Positions 39,501 to 53,342 of a stretch of DNA of 64,000 nt are shown here, piece by piece. This DNA is from Octopus sinensis (taxonomy: Eukaryota), in assembly GCF_006345805.1 (NCBI RefSeq), contig NC_043010.1, forward strand, positions 20,150,001 through 20,214,000, written 5' to 3'. The number at the start of each line of letters is the position of its first letter. Position 1 is the stretch's first letter. Made by a program: the position numbers and the translations under genes. Under the pieces are notes generated by a model. That model saw nothing but the letters and a program-made list of their open reading frames with translations. It did no database searches and was not told the origin of the DNA.

Positions 39501-40953
39501 CTTTGTAATATACGAATTGGTGGTTGGGGGAATATCAAATGCTTTTTAAAACTTCATGGGAAAAAATCCCGACAAAATCAAACCACAGCTATATCTTTCT
39601 TTTTCTTGTTCGTTTCTGAAGGAGGTGAACAACAAACATAGTTACATCAATAAACAACTCTAACTAGATTTGTTTCTATAAATAATCCATTAATGGATTC
39701 CAAAGTTTATTATTTTAATAGGTTATAAAAAAGGAACAATTCACCATTCAATTATCCAACAATATATTCTTTATGTAACACAAACAGGAAAATTTTTGGA
39801 CCAATCAACGTTTACAGTAAAATATGGCCAACACATCTTCTCAAAGGAAAAACCCAAATTACACTTTTAATGAAGATGACTACATAATTTAGAGGTTTTA
39901 TTTATTTATTTGTTTATCTATCTTTGTAGTAATTACCCATCATCCTTCATTAAATTTAAATATTTTTTTTATATTTCCTATAATTACTCTGTTTAGGTTA
40001 AAAAAAACCTAACCGTTTTGATAATAATCTGAGACTTTGCAGTAAAATTCAACTTACAGTCTCAATTTACAAATTAACAGTTGAATGGTAAAAAAATAAT
40101 TAACAAATAACTTCAGAAATGCCATCCATTTTCATGAATACTTAAACAATAATGAAATTGTTTCTTATTTTTTTCCTTAGAAAAATTTGCAAAAATTCAG
40201 TCTTTAAAGTTTTTTTTAATAAAATTTGTCCATTGAACAAAGTAACCAAAGATACTTCCAATCAGATCAATGCTTTGTGATTTTATTTTAATTAAATTTT
40301 TTTTTTTAGAATTTTTAAACCGATCAATGAATTTTCCAGACTAAAATTTAAATGTAAATTTTAAAGTTTAGCCGCAATTAAACTGAAATAAATAGAAATA
40401 AATATACGTTGTTATTTTCTTTTTGCGTATTGTTATTTTTTTTCAACATAGTTTCCCCAAATTTTCCATGCATTTACGTAAATAAATATATATTTTGTGT
40501 GTTACTTATATGAAGTATTAGTATATATTTGAACACATCTCTGCAAATACACGTGAATGTATATTCATTGATATGCATACAAACAGCACTTAGTCTTCAA
40601 TCTTAAGCCTTCAATCTTAAGTCTTCAATCTTAAGTCTTCAATAATACCAATGAATTATACAAACCGATAATTAATAACGCATGTAAATTTTGTCACTTT
40701 AAACTCTTCAGTTTGACCAAATAAATACAGATCACTTCTCTTAGTAAACTCTCTTTCAGTGAAAATAAATATATCTTTTAACAAATTTCATTTTTCTGGA
40801 CACCTTTGAGGTCATGGTTCGTTATTTTCTCCAATGCTGTGAAGTCACTTCCTCGAGGCAGTTAGTTGAGGCGAGCTGTTTGGTCACAGCACTGCTGTCT
40901 CTTCAATGACTGTGTGGAAACAATGAAAATGGTAAGAACTTTTGTGGATTTTT

Positions 40954-41052
40954 CTATTTTTTTATTGATGCCAAAGCTGCCGTAAATCGAAGGGTATCCA
41001 CCAAAGACATGTTCATTTTCTTCTCCATGCATTGATAAAAATATTCAGGAGC
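40954..41052 (-). CDS. TIR-SAM gene, last coding exon: APEYFYQCMEKKMNMSLVDTLRFTAALASIKK*
   Basis: Acceptor tgtgttttgcag, phase 0, TAG at 40954-40956. In frame with the upstream exons. Confidence 0.85.
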   Translation of the reverse strand, partial: APEYFYQCMEKKMNMSLVDTLRFTAALASIKK

Positions 41053-41262
41053 CTGCAAAACACAAAAATGAATTTACAAAAGATTGTTAATAAAATCTAC
41101 ACATACAGGAGTGGCTGTGTGGTAAGTAGCTTGCTTACCAACCACATGGTTCCGGGTTCAGTCCCACTGCGTGGCACCTTGGGCAAGTGTCTTCTACTAT
41201 AGCATCGGTCCGACCAAAGCCTTGTGAGTGGATTTGGTAGATGGAAACTGAAAGAAGTCCGT

Positions 41263-41339
<77 letters not shown>

Positions 41340-42558
41340 GTATATATATGTATATGTGTGTGCCTGTGTTTGTCCCTCCAACATCGCATGACAACCGATG
41401 GATGTGTTTATTACGTCCCCGTCACTTAGCGGCTCGGCAAGAGAGTTCGATAGAATAAGTACTAGGCTTACAAAGAATAAGTCCTGACTGAAACAAATAA
41501 AAGAATAAAAAAGAATATAAATTTGACATGGGCGATTCTTTTTTGTCTAAGGATTCGCAGTCAAACGGCTGGGTGAAACTGCACGAAAAATTACACAGAT
41601 GTGTTGAATGATCCAGTGTTGCTGGGCTTTGTATTTTTTCATAGCTCCCATAGTTACTGAGATAATCTACTATAATAATACTCTTGTGTTTATGAGCGAG
41701 AAAGGAAGGGGTGATAGATGAATAAGGAAGGAAGGGGTGATGTCATACTTGGTAGTGGGATGATGAAAATTGTACGCTGAAAAAATAAATCAAACAGCGT
41801 TTCAACTCTGTGTGAATATATGTAAAAGTGGTGAATGTGAATGTGTGTATGTGTGTGAATGTGTGTGATGTGTTTGTGTGTGTGTGCACGTGCAATGGAA
41901 GTTGGATGGTTCATCTTTGTTTGTTTAGTATTTGGGTTTATTTTTGATTTGGTTGAATCTTGGTTTTTTTTTTTTTTGCTGGTCAATTATTTTTAGCATT
42001 TTGATAGAACAAAGTCATTCTAAAATTGTTTGTTAATGTAAGCGTGCCCAAACAAGTCGAATCCTTATACAGAGCAGGTTTTGTGTGAAACTGGGCTTAG
42101 CTGCTGGTGGATTAATAAAATTTCATGAGAAAAACACAACTCTGTCATTGATTTTTCACTTCTGACTGAATTCAAGTGAGTAAATAATTATATCATATTA
42201 AACAATTAAACAACTAGTTTTGTCCCAATAATCCATTAATGGATTCCAAAGTTTTTTTTATCTTAACAAGTCATTAAGTGCAGGCATAGTTGCATGGTTA
42301 AGACGTTCATTTCCTAATCACATGATTTTGTGGTGAAGGACCTTAAGCAAGTATTTTCTACTATAGATCCAGAGCCTTGTGAGTGGATCTGAAAGAAATC
42401 CGAGTGGCTGTGTGGTAAGTAGCTTGGTTACCAACCACATGGTTCTGGGTTCAGTCCCACTGCGTGGCACCTTGGGCAAGTGTCTTCTACTATATTCATG
42501 GGCCGACCAAAGGCTTGTGAATGGATTTGGTAGACGGAAACTGAAAGAAGCCTATCAC

Positions 42559-42639
<81 letters not shown>

Positions 42640-42873
42640 TATATATATACATACATATATGTTTGTGTGTCTGTGTTTGTCCCTCCAAAATCGCTTGACA
42701 ACCCATGCTGGCTTGTTTATGCCCCCCGTAACTTAGCAGTTCAGCAAAAGAGACCAATAGAATAAGTACTAGGCTTACAAAGTATAAGTCCTGGGGTCGA
42801 TTTGCTTGACCAAAGGTCGCACTCCAGCATGGTCACAGTCAAATGACTGAAACAAATAAATAAAAGAATATAT

Positions 42874-42937
<64 letters not shown>

Positions 42938-43109
42938 AGTTACTGGAAGGGTAGAAAGAGGGGATGTTTCCCACTGCAGTACTTAACCTGAGCTTTAGGC
43001 TATCTACACTCTTAAATTGTAGATAGCTGGATAGGAATTCCATTGTCAAAGAGAACTGGAACTGCTACCTTCTAAAATTCTCTGCTAAGGATTTATCTCA
43101 ATTCTTCCC

Positions 43110-43201
43110 TCTCTGAAGATGGAATAGTCCGCTTATAGATAAGTTACCTGTGTCTGCTGAGAAATGTATGATGTGTTCCTATTCTCGAAACAGCTGTAAG
43201 A
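43110..43201 (+). ncRNA. Type I hammerhead ribozyme motif with long stem II, in a probable Penelope-like remnant (~42940-43520)
   Basis: ucu CUGAAGA uggaauag...cuauucuc GAAAC AGCU GUA aga. Core intact, stem III is the perfect palindrome ACAGCUGU, and stem I is ucu/aga. Confidence 0.78.
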
Positions 43202-43528
43202 AACTATCTGTACTCCTTCATTTTTAGCTCGTTTTTATCCGTTTTAATATTATTCGGGACAGTGGGATTGTCTTGGCTTGATATTAATTGGTGCCGTGTG
43301 TCCTGTGTGCATCACTAAGACGAGGCATAAGTGGGACCACCCACTATAAATAAAGGGAATTTGTGACTAAAAGTCCATTACAGAATAGCCGAATGCCTCG
43401 TCATCTATTATATTCTAACGATTCTGTTGTAACAACTCTACCACCATCTTTAGATGTATATAAATTCCCTGCTCTAAACTGATACCCATTTGGTTGCTCG
43501 TTCATTCTTTCTTTCTACTGTACATATA

Positions 43529-44348
43529 CAGGGGTTGGACAAAATAATGGAAACACCTAGCATTATAGCATCATAATTTTGAAATATCTATAAAACCATC
43601 AAAAGCTTGTTTATTTTTATGTTTTTTGATTTATTATTAGTGTTGCTTAATATGTTTTGCTAAAATTGCTGTTTCTTTTCAGATATCATCAAAAAAAGGT
43701 AATTAAAATTCATTAAAATGAAAGATCTATTGGACTTTCAAAGCGGTCAAGTTGTTGATGCTTATTTCTGACCACTGGCTGAGTATACATGTGGAGACAG
43801 CCAAAAGAAGCCTTTGACCCAGACTGCCTTCTTCCAGCTGTTAAACATGGAGGAGGATCTGTGATGATCGGGAGCCAATGGTTTCCCTCATGGCAAAAGT
43901 AATAGTCAAAACTATTTAAGCATTTTATCTAATCAAATTAATCCTATGTTTGCAGAACTGTTTCTGGAGTGAAATGCAATTTTTCAGGATGATAATGCAC
44001 TAATTCACACAGCTAAAGTTGCTACTGAATGGCACGAGGAACATTCTAGTGAAGTTGAACATCATATCTGGCCACCACAGTCCCCAGATCTCAATATTAT
44101 CGAACATTTATGGTGCATTTTAGAAAAACAAGTAAGAAGTCGATATCCTCCACCATCATCACTACAAGAACTGGAGACTGTTTTAGCTGAAGAATGGACA
44201 AAAATTCCTTTGGAAACAATTCAAACTTTGTATGAGTCCATACCTTGTAGAATTCAAGCTGTAATTATTGCCAAAGGTGGTCCTACCCCATATTAAAATG
44301 AATTTGTTTGAAATTTTAAGGAGTTTCCATTATTTTGTCTAACCCCTG
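43529..44348 (+). mobile_element. Tc1 element, internally deleted copy of the 8582-10977 family
   Basis: ta|caggggttggacaaaataatggaaacacct...tttccattattttgtctaacccctg|ta. FQDDNA and WPPQSPDLNIIEHLW remnants. Confidence 0.92.
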
Positions 44349-44392
44349 TATATACATGTATACATATGTATACACATATATACATACATATG

Positions 44393-45480
44393 TATCAGGC
44401 TGAGTAAAAAGTAAGCAACGTTTTGAAGCATGAAATTCATCACAATGCGGAAATTTTATTCATCAAAGTAATTACCATTACAATCAACACATTTTGCCAA
44501 TGAGATACAAGTTTCGTTATTCCAGTAACGTAAAAATCTGGAGTTCTGGAGCTGGTGAACTCTTTGAACGCACTTTCAGCATCAGTTTGATTTTTGAATT
44601 CCTTCTCTCGCAGGAACCATAAAGGTGCTTGAAAAAGTGGTAGTCAATAAAAGAAATGTCTGGGGAATAAGCTGGGTGAGGAAGAACTTTGTACCCTAGT
44701 TCCCTCTACTTCTGGAGCGTCAGTAGTGAAACATGTAGCTGAGCATTGTCATGAAGAATGACCAGCCTGCTTCTGTTGACCAGTCTGGGACGGAGTAGCA
44801 GTTTTTCGTTTTGGCAATTTCATGACAATATGTTTCTGCAGTAATGGTTTTTTTTCCAGGTTTTAAGAAGTTATATAACCTTCTTTTTGAAAAGCTTGAG
44901 TTTAGGGAAGGTTTCAGTGCTTCATTTTGGTCCAACCACTACGAAGAACGTTTTTTATTATTGTACAGAATTCACTTTTCATTGCAAGTTACAATATGGT
45001 TGAGAAACGGATCGGTCCGGTTGCAAAGAAGAAGCGACCAGCAAATTTCATATCTGCACATTTTCTGATTTTCATTCAAATCGTGTGGTACCCATTTGTT
45101 GAGCTGTTTTTTATTTTCCGATTGCATGCAAATAGTTACAGACAGTTTTCTGGCTAACTTCAAATTCTTTTGCCAGTTCTCGAGTGGTTTTACGTGGACC
45201 TTTCTCAATGACGGTCTTTAATTGACCGTCATCGATGACAGATTCGCGTCCACTACCCTCATGATCTTCAGAGGCTTAGGACTCCACTGTGAAATCGTTT
45301 AAATCATTTTCGAGCTGACTATTCACTGCTCATTTCTTCACCAAACGTTTCGTTTATATCATAAGCAGTTTCAGCTTTGAAATTGAAAAGTGCTCGAATA
45401 TCGCACTGTGACACTTACATTTCAGATGATTGTAACAACGGCGAAAAATATCAATGTTAATTTATTGATGCATTTGGGCA
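44393..45480 (-). mobile_element. Decayed mariner transposon
   Basis: Motifs KWVPHDLNENQK, HIVTCNEK, FLKPGKKTITAETYC and YSPDIS..DYHFFKHL on the - strand. TIR-like end tatcaggctgagtaaaaagtaag. Confidence 0.88.
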
Positions 45481-45542
45481 AGTCTATGTCTGTATTATTT
45501 CAATAGAAATCTATAATGGCCCCCACTAGTGGGGTTGGGCTA

Positions 45543-45925
45543 TCTATTTATATAAAGCTGAAGTTGTCTGTGTATGGCAGGTTTGGTAGCCTTCAACTAA
45601 CACTATCTCCTCCGAGACCCTGCGGCACAAGTTGACCAAAATTGAGAGTATGATAGAAGAAGGCTTGCTCTTCATTGAAGAAAAAATTCAAATCAGACCA
45701 TGTTAACATTAAAAATTATTTACATCAAAAAGGTGCTTTTTTTCTATGAAAATCCCTATTTTTTACGATTTTTTGACTGCTGTGTTGCCATTTTTCGGTG
45801 TATTTCAAAGAAAAATGTTCACTTAAAGAGAATAACAAGCTACATAATGCAAAATTTTTACTTTTCAAAAATTCCAATTCTAAAGGGTCGAAACAAACCA
45901 GAGCAACGCCGGGCGATACTGCTAG
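45543..45925 (+). mobile_element. Non-autonomous Helitron (copy 2)
   Basis: a|tc...ccagagcaacgccgggcgatactgctag|t; closely similar to 32739-33127. Confidence 0.85.
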
Positions 45926-46834
45926 TTATTTGATAAAATGAGAAGGGTGCAAGAGTGTTAGTATGAAGAAATTGTGATGGCATAGTGAGTGTGGCTGATA
46001 TGAGGGCAGGGGAGAAAAGCGTGTAAGTGATAAATATGGTGTGGTAGTGTGATGATAATGTTAATACAGGTGTCATCCAGGGATACACACACGATGCTCA
46101 TATCACCTGAAGAAACAATGGGATCTCATTAGCAAACAGTTGCATAACCAAATACCTGTACTTTTGGAGGACCATGTTGGGTGGAAACAATTGTAGTGAT
46201 TAAAAAATAACAGTCCAACTGTACTCTTTCTTGTTGATTCCAATTTTTTTCAAAATTTATATATTCACATATGACAAATACCTAAACATAAATATGGAAG
46301 TATGTAATAATGCCACCGGATAGCATTGGGTAGTTATGAGTGTGGACAAGCTTTGCACTATACTCTCCCATGTTCCTAGTGGAATATACCAAATATAGTT
46401 ATATATTTGTGTGTGTTTGTGTTTAAAAAGATAAAAGGAAAATAGAGAGTTCAAACTGACATATGTTAATTTATTAACGTAATATCAATAATCCTTACAA
46501 TTGTTTCAATTCAAACGCAAAACCAATAACAAGTTTATAAAAATTCATATTTTGGAAATATTTTGAGTAAAAATCTCATCGGGATAAATCAGGACAAAAA
46601 AAATTGCATATTACAAGTTTGAGATTCTTAAACAGACTGAATTGAATTATTGTAGAAATGTTTTTTCTACTAAGTGCAGGTGTGGCTGTGTGGTAAGTAG
46701 CTTGCTTGCCAACCACATTGTTCTGGGTTCACTTTCACTGCATGGCACCTTGGGCAAGTGTCTTCTAGTGTAGCCTTGGGCTGACCAAAGTCTTGTGAGT
46801 GGATTTGGTAGATGGAAACTAAAAGTAGCCTGTC

Positions 46835-46895
<61 letters not shown>

Positions 46896-47582
46896 TATAT
46901 ATTTGTGTGTCTGTGTTTGTTCCCCCACCATCACTTGACAACTGAAGTTGGTGTGTTTACCTCCCTGTAACTTAGCAGTTTGGCAAAAAGGGACCGATAG
47001 AACAAGTGCTAGGCTTACAAAAAATATGTCCTGGGGTCGATTTCTTTGACTAAAAGGCGGTGCTCCAGCATGGCCACAGTCAAATGATTGAAACAAATAA
47101 TAGAATAAAAGAATATTGGATATTGAGCAAGTTAAACCAGTGAAACTTGGATGTTTTCATCCCTACGAGAGGAGCTACATACATATAACCCTTGTATTGG
47201 GTTATATGTATGTATATGATATATATGTATATGATATATATATGTATGTATATGATGTATATGTATATGATATATACATGTATATGATATACATGTATAT
47301 GATATCTATATGTATGTATATGATATGTATGTATATGATATATATATGTATATGATATATATGTATATGATATATATATGCATGTATATGATATATATAT
47401 GTACGTATATGATATGTATGCATATGATATATATGTATATAGGTGTAGGAGTGGCTGTGTGGTAAGTAGCTTGCTTACGAACCACATGGTTCCGGTTTCA
47501 GTCCCACTGTGTGGCACCTTGGGCAAGTGTCTTCTACAAAGCCTTGTTAGTGGATTTGGTAGACGAAACAGAAAGAAGCCCG

Positions 47583-47642
<60 letters not shown>

Positions 47643-47644
<2 letters not shown>

Positions 47645-47843
47645 GTATTTGACGGCATATAGGACGCACTTTTTTCAAAAAAATTTGGCTCAAAAATCGC
47701 CCTGCGTCTAATATGCGAAGTCAAGACCCTCCCGTAGGCTAATCTTCTCCCATACGCTCACTAACCTAGCTTACGATAAGTATTTCTACCTACGCTAACG
47801 CCTTAATGATATTTTCCATACTCATGCATCATTATTTTATTGC

Positions 47844-47890
<47 letters not shown>

Positions 47891-48328
47891 GTATTATTAC
47901 TTTAAAATACGAATTATCGTAAAAATCAAAGCAATCTACCGTAAATTGTTAGGCTGCGATCCATGACACACGTTTACTAATATCAGCTGATCGGAACCCT
48001 AACTCGATGCCATCTGACGGTGAGGAGTAAAACTACATGATCATTGCGAGTTCGTGTATATACGGAGGTAGGTCGGATATCTTGGTACAACAAAGTTTAT
48101 GATCATAACAAAACACACTACAACAATACAAGCACCCTCACGGCTATGGCAACACCCTCACGGTTATTGTAATTTGTATGCTTGCTTTTATACAGCAATG
48201 TTTTCTGCTTTTGTAATGTGCTGCTAGACTGCTTTCAACAATATATGCTTAAATACACTTAAAACTTTTTTTCCTGAAATGAGGGTGCGTCTAATATGCC
48301 AGTGCGTCTAATATGCTGTCAAATACGG
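47643..48328. mobile_element. pogo/Tigger-type MITE inserted in the (TA)n of a SINE
   Basis: ta|ccgtatttgacggcatataggacgcac...gtgcgtctaatatgctgtcaaatacgg|ta. The SINE A halves resume on both sides. Confidence 0.85.
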
Positions 48329-48684
48329 TATATATATATATATATATATATGCATGTGTGTGTGTATATGTTTGTGTTTGTCCCCCCCAACATCACTTGA
48401 CAACCGATGCTGGTGTGTTTACGTCCCTGTAACTTAGCGGTTTGGCAAAAGAGACCGATAGACTAAGTACTAGGCTTACAAAGAATAAGTCCTGGGGTTG
48501 ATTTGCTCGACTAAAGGTGGTGCCCCAGCATGGTCACAGTTAAATGACTGAAACAAGTAAAAGAGTAAAGAGTAAAAGAGTATATATGTATGTGTATGAT
48601 ATATGTATTGGGTTATATATATATATGTATATATATGATATATGTATTGGGTTATATATATATGTATATGATATAAAGAATTAC

Positions 48685-48751
48685 CTCTTTCTTCATCTCA
48701 CTCAGCTGAAATAACATTTTGCCATCAAACTGTGAAAAAGCTTCACTGTAT
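48685..48751 (-). CDS. TIR-SAM gene internal exon: (E)YSEAFSQFDGKMLFQLSEMKKE
   Basis: Acceptor taattgcag and donor gtaatt; 67 bp, phase 2 to 0. Contains the SAM-like F..FDG.ML..L signature. Confidence 0.85.
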
Positions 48752-48831
48752 CTGCAATTAACAAAATTAGAATAATGGTAAGAAACCTAGCAAACTCTTT
48801 GACTGTATCTGACAATGGATAGAAACTAGAG

Positions 48832-49086
48832 CAGTGGTTTTCAATCAGGGTCCACGTGACCCTTAGTGGGAGTCCATTTTGGTGTTAAAATTTATCTGCA
48901 CTAATTTGGTTATGCTCCTAAAATACATAAAATATCTTAGCAATTTTTTTAAACAACTTTTTATGATATCTAATTATAAAAATATAATGGGATTTTTTTT
49001 AACGGCATCAAATTGCTATGAGGGTCCACCAGATGAAAATAGGTATCAAAAGGGTCCAGTGGTACAAATATAATTAAGAACCACTG
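48832..49086. mobile_element. hAT (Charlie-like) MITE
   Basis: TIRs cagtggttttcaa...ttaagaaccactg and an 8-bp TSD aactagag/atctagag. Confidence 0.85.
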
Positions 49087-49169
49087 ATCTAGAGGTTTAG
49101 GATCTTTTATTCTCTCTTGGACATCTTAGGAATGTATAGCATGCCCATTTTTAGTTTTTGGGTGATGTA

Positions 49170-51280
49170 TATTGAAGTGATTGATCACAAAGATTTTGGC
49201 CAAGATGCTTGCCAAGAGGCTGGCGCTTGTCATCGAGAAACTGGTTGACAAGGCACAAACATGCAGAAGTATCCATGACAACCTCCATCTGATGTGCTAC
49301 ATCTTAGCTAAGGAACCTGGCATGGGTGGGGGGTGCTGATCAATTTGGATTGATTGAAAGCTTTCGATAGGGTCAACCATTGATAGTTGGAGTCCATCCT
49401 TAGGGTGGCTGCTTTCTGTCCAGTCTTCTGCGGTTGGATCATTGCTTTATACTGCAGCATCTGCTCAGTAGTTCGGGTAAATGGTCATCTATCCAGACCA
49501 TTTAACATCATGCGTTCGGTCTGTCAAGGATCCCCCTTGTCACTTCTGTATGTACTGACCCTAGAGCTATTACTGCAGAAGCTGGTGATGCTGAGGGGCA
49601 TCCTGCAAGAACTGGGAAGTGGGAGGAGCATGTCTGCATATGCAAACATTGTGTCTGTCATGGTGTTGAACCACAGACATGTTGACCCGGTTGGCAAAAC
49701 ACTAAAAGAATACAAAGCGGTAACGGGAGTAAAAATTAATCTGGAAAAGTCAGTGGGCTTGCAGCTTGGCACCTGAAGCAGCAATCCCATGCCATCCAAC
49801 AGCATTTCCATTGTGGAATACTGGATGGATGGACCAGTTAAATTGCTCAGGGTCTGGTTTGGTCCAGAGCTCCAACTGGAGAAGAACTGGGATGAGATAA
49901 TGAGTAGGGAGGCCAATCTCACCCAGCAATGGGCCGAGAGGAAGCTCTCTCTAAAAGGTTGGGCTGAGGTGGTAAATGCGTACACCACATCTACTAGTCT
50001 GACTATTGTGCCTTGTCCTGACCCTACCATTACAAAACTTGAACGCATACTCCTCCACTTTTTGTGGAAGGAAAGCATGCTGAAGGTCAGGCGATACATT
50101 TGCTGCCAACATCTGCCAAATGGAGGGCTGGGCATGCTGTGGCTAATGATGTGCAAAGATGTGCTGAGACTCCATCTCCAGCATTTCATAGACAATGGTG
50201 AATAGGTGTGGTCACCGTTTGTGAGATGCGCTTCCCCACAGCTTGTCTCTGTGACTGAACTGCAATCATGGATCAAACAGAGTCTGAGGCTGGGTGAATG
50301 GCACCACAAGTGTCACCATGCTCTTGAGCAACTCTGCCATCCATGTGACTTCAATTCCATGAAAGCGTTCTATAGAGGATAAGTGGAGGGGAGGTGTGAC
50401 AATGTTCTTGGGGAGACCCTTGGTATTGATGAGGAATACCTAGCCTGCCTCTTCAGGAGCTATGGACAAATTTCCAGAGATCTCTGGCCTAGCAGTGCCA
50501 TCGGGAAGCATTGTCCATTCAGGATAAGCTCTGCAGACACAGTTTAAGAAACACTGGACCAACTTTCCCAAGATGCAGTCAGAGCGATGAAACCATTCTG
50601 AATGCACTTGTGCAATGTCCAAACATTTCAGACCTGTGGGTTTATGTCGGATGGCTGCTGTCACATGAGGGGACGAATTCAGTTGTCGGCCAAGTCTATT
50701 GTGAATATTGCCTGCCACCTTCCTTTAACTAGGAAGATGAGGCAGCTTTCATTGAACTGGTGGCTACGGTGAAAGAATGTCATGTGGTGGACTCGTGCGA
50801 AAGGTTTAGAGACAAACACTTTCCTCTCTGGCCAACCGTTCATCAACTTTTTTAAGTATTACTTGGAGAGGAAGGTGAGAATAGAGAAGGAAGTTTTGTC
50901 TAATGAAAAGTTCAACAAAAGGTGGGTGAATGTGGCAAAGATGGTATGAATAAATGATGGAACCACCCTGAGCATGATCCTATAAAACAAAGAGAGAAAG
51001 GGCGCTTTGCTCTCATGTTAAAGTTATTTTGTTCATTTCCGAGGTTACCGTGGTTCTTATTGGTAGGTTTTCTTTCCATGGATAAACCTAGTTAAATGTT
51101 ACATTTCCTCCCCCTTTTGGGAATTCTAATTGTTAACAATGACTTTTCTGTTATTTCCCTGTTTACACATCCAAAAAAGAAAAAAAAATTTCTTCCCCTT
51201 TTGTTCGATTTCGAAAAAGAAAAGTTCTACATTGTATTGTCCCCTCTGTATTCAGCCCTGAGTGGCTAATAAAGAAATCT
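49170..51280 (+). mobile_element. 5'-truncated, decayed L1/Tx1-clade LINE (RT plus C-terminal zinc finger)
   Basis: KILAKMLAKRLA, RSIHDNL, LD*LKAFDRVNH, RSVCQGSPLS, SAYAN, KINLEKS, NGGLGM and PRCSQSDETILNALVQCP. aataaa at ~51268. Confidence 0.88.
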
Positions 51281-52304
51281 GTCTTCAAAAGAATTCTCAC
51301 AATTGAACTGCTGTGAATTGTATGGAAGAAAAGAAAAAAAACAAAACAATTACTATGGTTAGTTCTTGCATCTGCAAACTTAGAACAACGTGATTGAAAA
51401 GCAGACTAGTTAAACACATGTATGTGCTTTGTTTGTGTGTGTGTGTGTGTGTGATATAACAAGCATTATTAAGCAAACTTCCTCATTGAAAAGTTGCACA
51501 ACCACAGCTGTCTCACGTTGGGGTTGCATTGACCATATTTTTTTTACCACATAATAAAAAATGCTCTCTCTCTTTCTCTCTCGCTCTTCCCCTATTTCTA
51601 CCCCTCTCTATATATTCTCTGTGTGTTTGTATCTACTATTTCAAAAGCACTGTTTCTGTTCAGTTAATTTAAAATCTGTTCAGACATTAGTGACAAATTT
51701 ATTCAAAGAAAGTCTCTGTGTGTGTGTGTATCTGTGTGTTTCATCTGACATAGATGACCTTTGGCATGGAGATGTTCATTTCAATGACCAGGTGTGATTG
51801 ACTGATGGACACCTTTAGTCATCTGTTACGTATCTTCCTTTATGATACATGGTATCCAGACTATTCCAAAATACTCAATCATTGTCTCTAAGGATGCTGG
51901 CACCACACAAAAAGTGCCTGGCATGCTCTGTAAAGTGGTTGGCATTAGGAAGGGCATCCAGCTGTAGAAACCAAGGCAAAACTGGTGACTGGAGCCTGGT
52001 GTAGCTTTTTGGCTTGCCTGCTCCAGTGAAACTGTCCGACCCATGCCAGTATGGAAAATAGACGCTAAATGATGATGATTGTATAAAACCTTTTACGTGA
52101 CATTTCTAAAAGCTATGAAGTACATTTTGAATTAAAATTTTAGACAGAACCTTGCATTGGAGAAAAAAATGTCGGGAAAGGTGTATGTTGGACGATCTTG
52201 CATAAAACTGAATAATTTATGAAAGGTTTTGGAAGACAACAATCAAAGAGAAAAGATAATGATTGCTGAAGGTCACAAAATAATGAAACCTATAATGAGC
52301 CAGA

Positions 52305-52385
52305 TCAGCATTAGCCCATCATTAGCCCCTCATTAGCCTATCACCATTAGCCTATCATCATTAACCCATCATTAGCCTATCATTT
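52305..52385. repeat. 11-14-bp minisatellite (cattagccYat)n
   Basis: About 6 tandem units. Confidence 0.8.
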
Positions 52386-52821
52386 CTCATTGCTAAAACC
52401 TCTGCCCCCACTGCTTGTATCAGTGTTTTTGTTTATAGATTTTGAAGTCACATGGCTTAGTGGTAAGGTTGTTTGGCTCTCACTCATAAGCTTGTGAGTT
52501 CAATTCTTGGTGGCATATTGGGTCCTTGAGTAAGACATTTCATTTCACATTGCTCCAATCCATTCAGCTGGCAAAAACGAGTTGTCTCTATAATTCAAAG
52601 GGTCAACCTTGTCACATTCTGTGTAATGCTAAATCTCTCTAAAGAACTATGTTAAAAATCCGTGTGTCTGTGGAGTGCTCAGCCGCTTGTATGTAAATTT
52701 CCTGAGTAGATTGTTCCATTGATTGGATCAATTGAAACCTTCATCATAACCGATGGGGTGCCAGTTAAGAAAGTGATTCTACAAAAGGGTAACATTAACA
52801 AAACTGTAAAAACATCATTAC

Positions 52822-53008
52822 TCAGCCAATTTATGATAATGAAGCCAAGATGCAATTTCGTCATTTGTCATTTCCGCTATTGGAGACAAAGCACCAATGT
52901 CATTGACAAGATGATCGATGGAGATTTTCTTAGAAGGTGATTGCTGTTCATTTCCTGAATTCTCTGTTGAAGTTCCAGCTTTGTTAGTTTGGTCCTCAGG
53001 ACCATCAA
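52822..53008 (-). CDS. TIR-SAM gene internal exon: low-complexity linker and SAM start (...IAEMTNDEIASWLHYHKLA)
   Basis: Acceptor tttattcttcag and donor gtaatg; 187 bp, phase 1 to 2, open frame. Confidence 0.85.
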
Positions 53009-53110
53009 CTGAAGAATAAAAAGAGGATTACTTTAATACATAGATTAAGGAAAATGTGGATGTTTGTTTCTTGCAAAAGTCTGCAGTTCATAAAAGACAC
53101 TTTAGTGGTC

Positions 53111-53342
53111 TTCTATTGTGTCTGGGGAGAGTCATTTTCTTTTCGTGCTTTATAATATAACACACTCACCGGTAAAATTTCCACTTTTTTCTTATTTTTA
53201 TTTTCCTAAAATTTTCGTTGCGTCTTGCAAACTTTTCAATAGTTTTAACTATTAAAAATAAGAAAAAAGTGGAAATTTTACTGGTGAGTGCATTATATTA
53301 TAAGGCACAAAAAGAAAATGACTCTCCCCAGACACAACAGAA
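53111..53342. repeat. Fold-back/MITE-like inverted repeat (~90-bp arms) in an intron
   Basis: 53111-53200 matches the reverse complement of 53253-53342. Confidence 0.85.

Noticed and set aside
43319-43405. SECIS element (some Penelope-like clades carry them)
   Set aside because: AUGA is present on the - strand but there is no opposing GA quartet or apical AA geometry.
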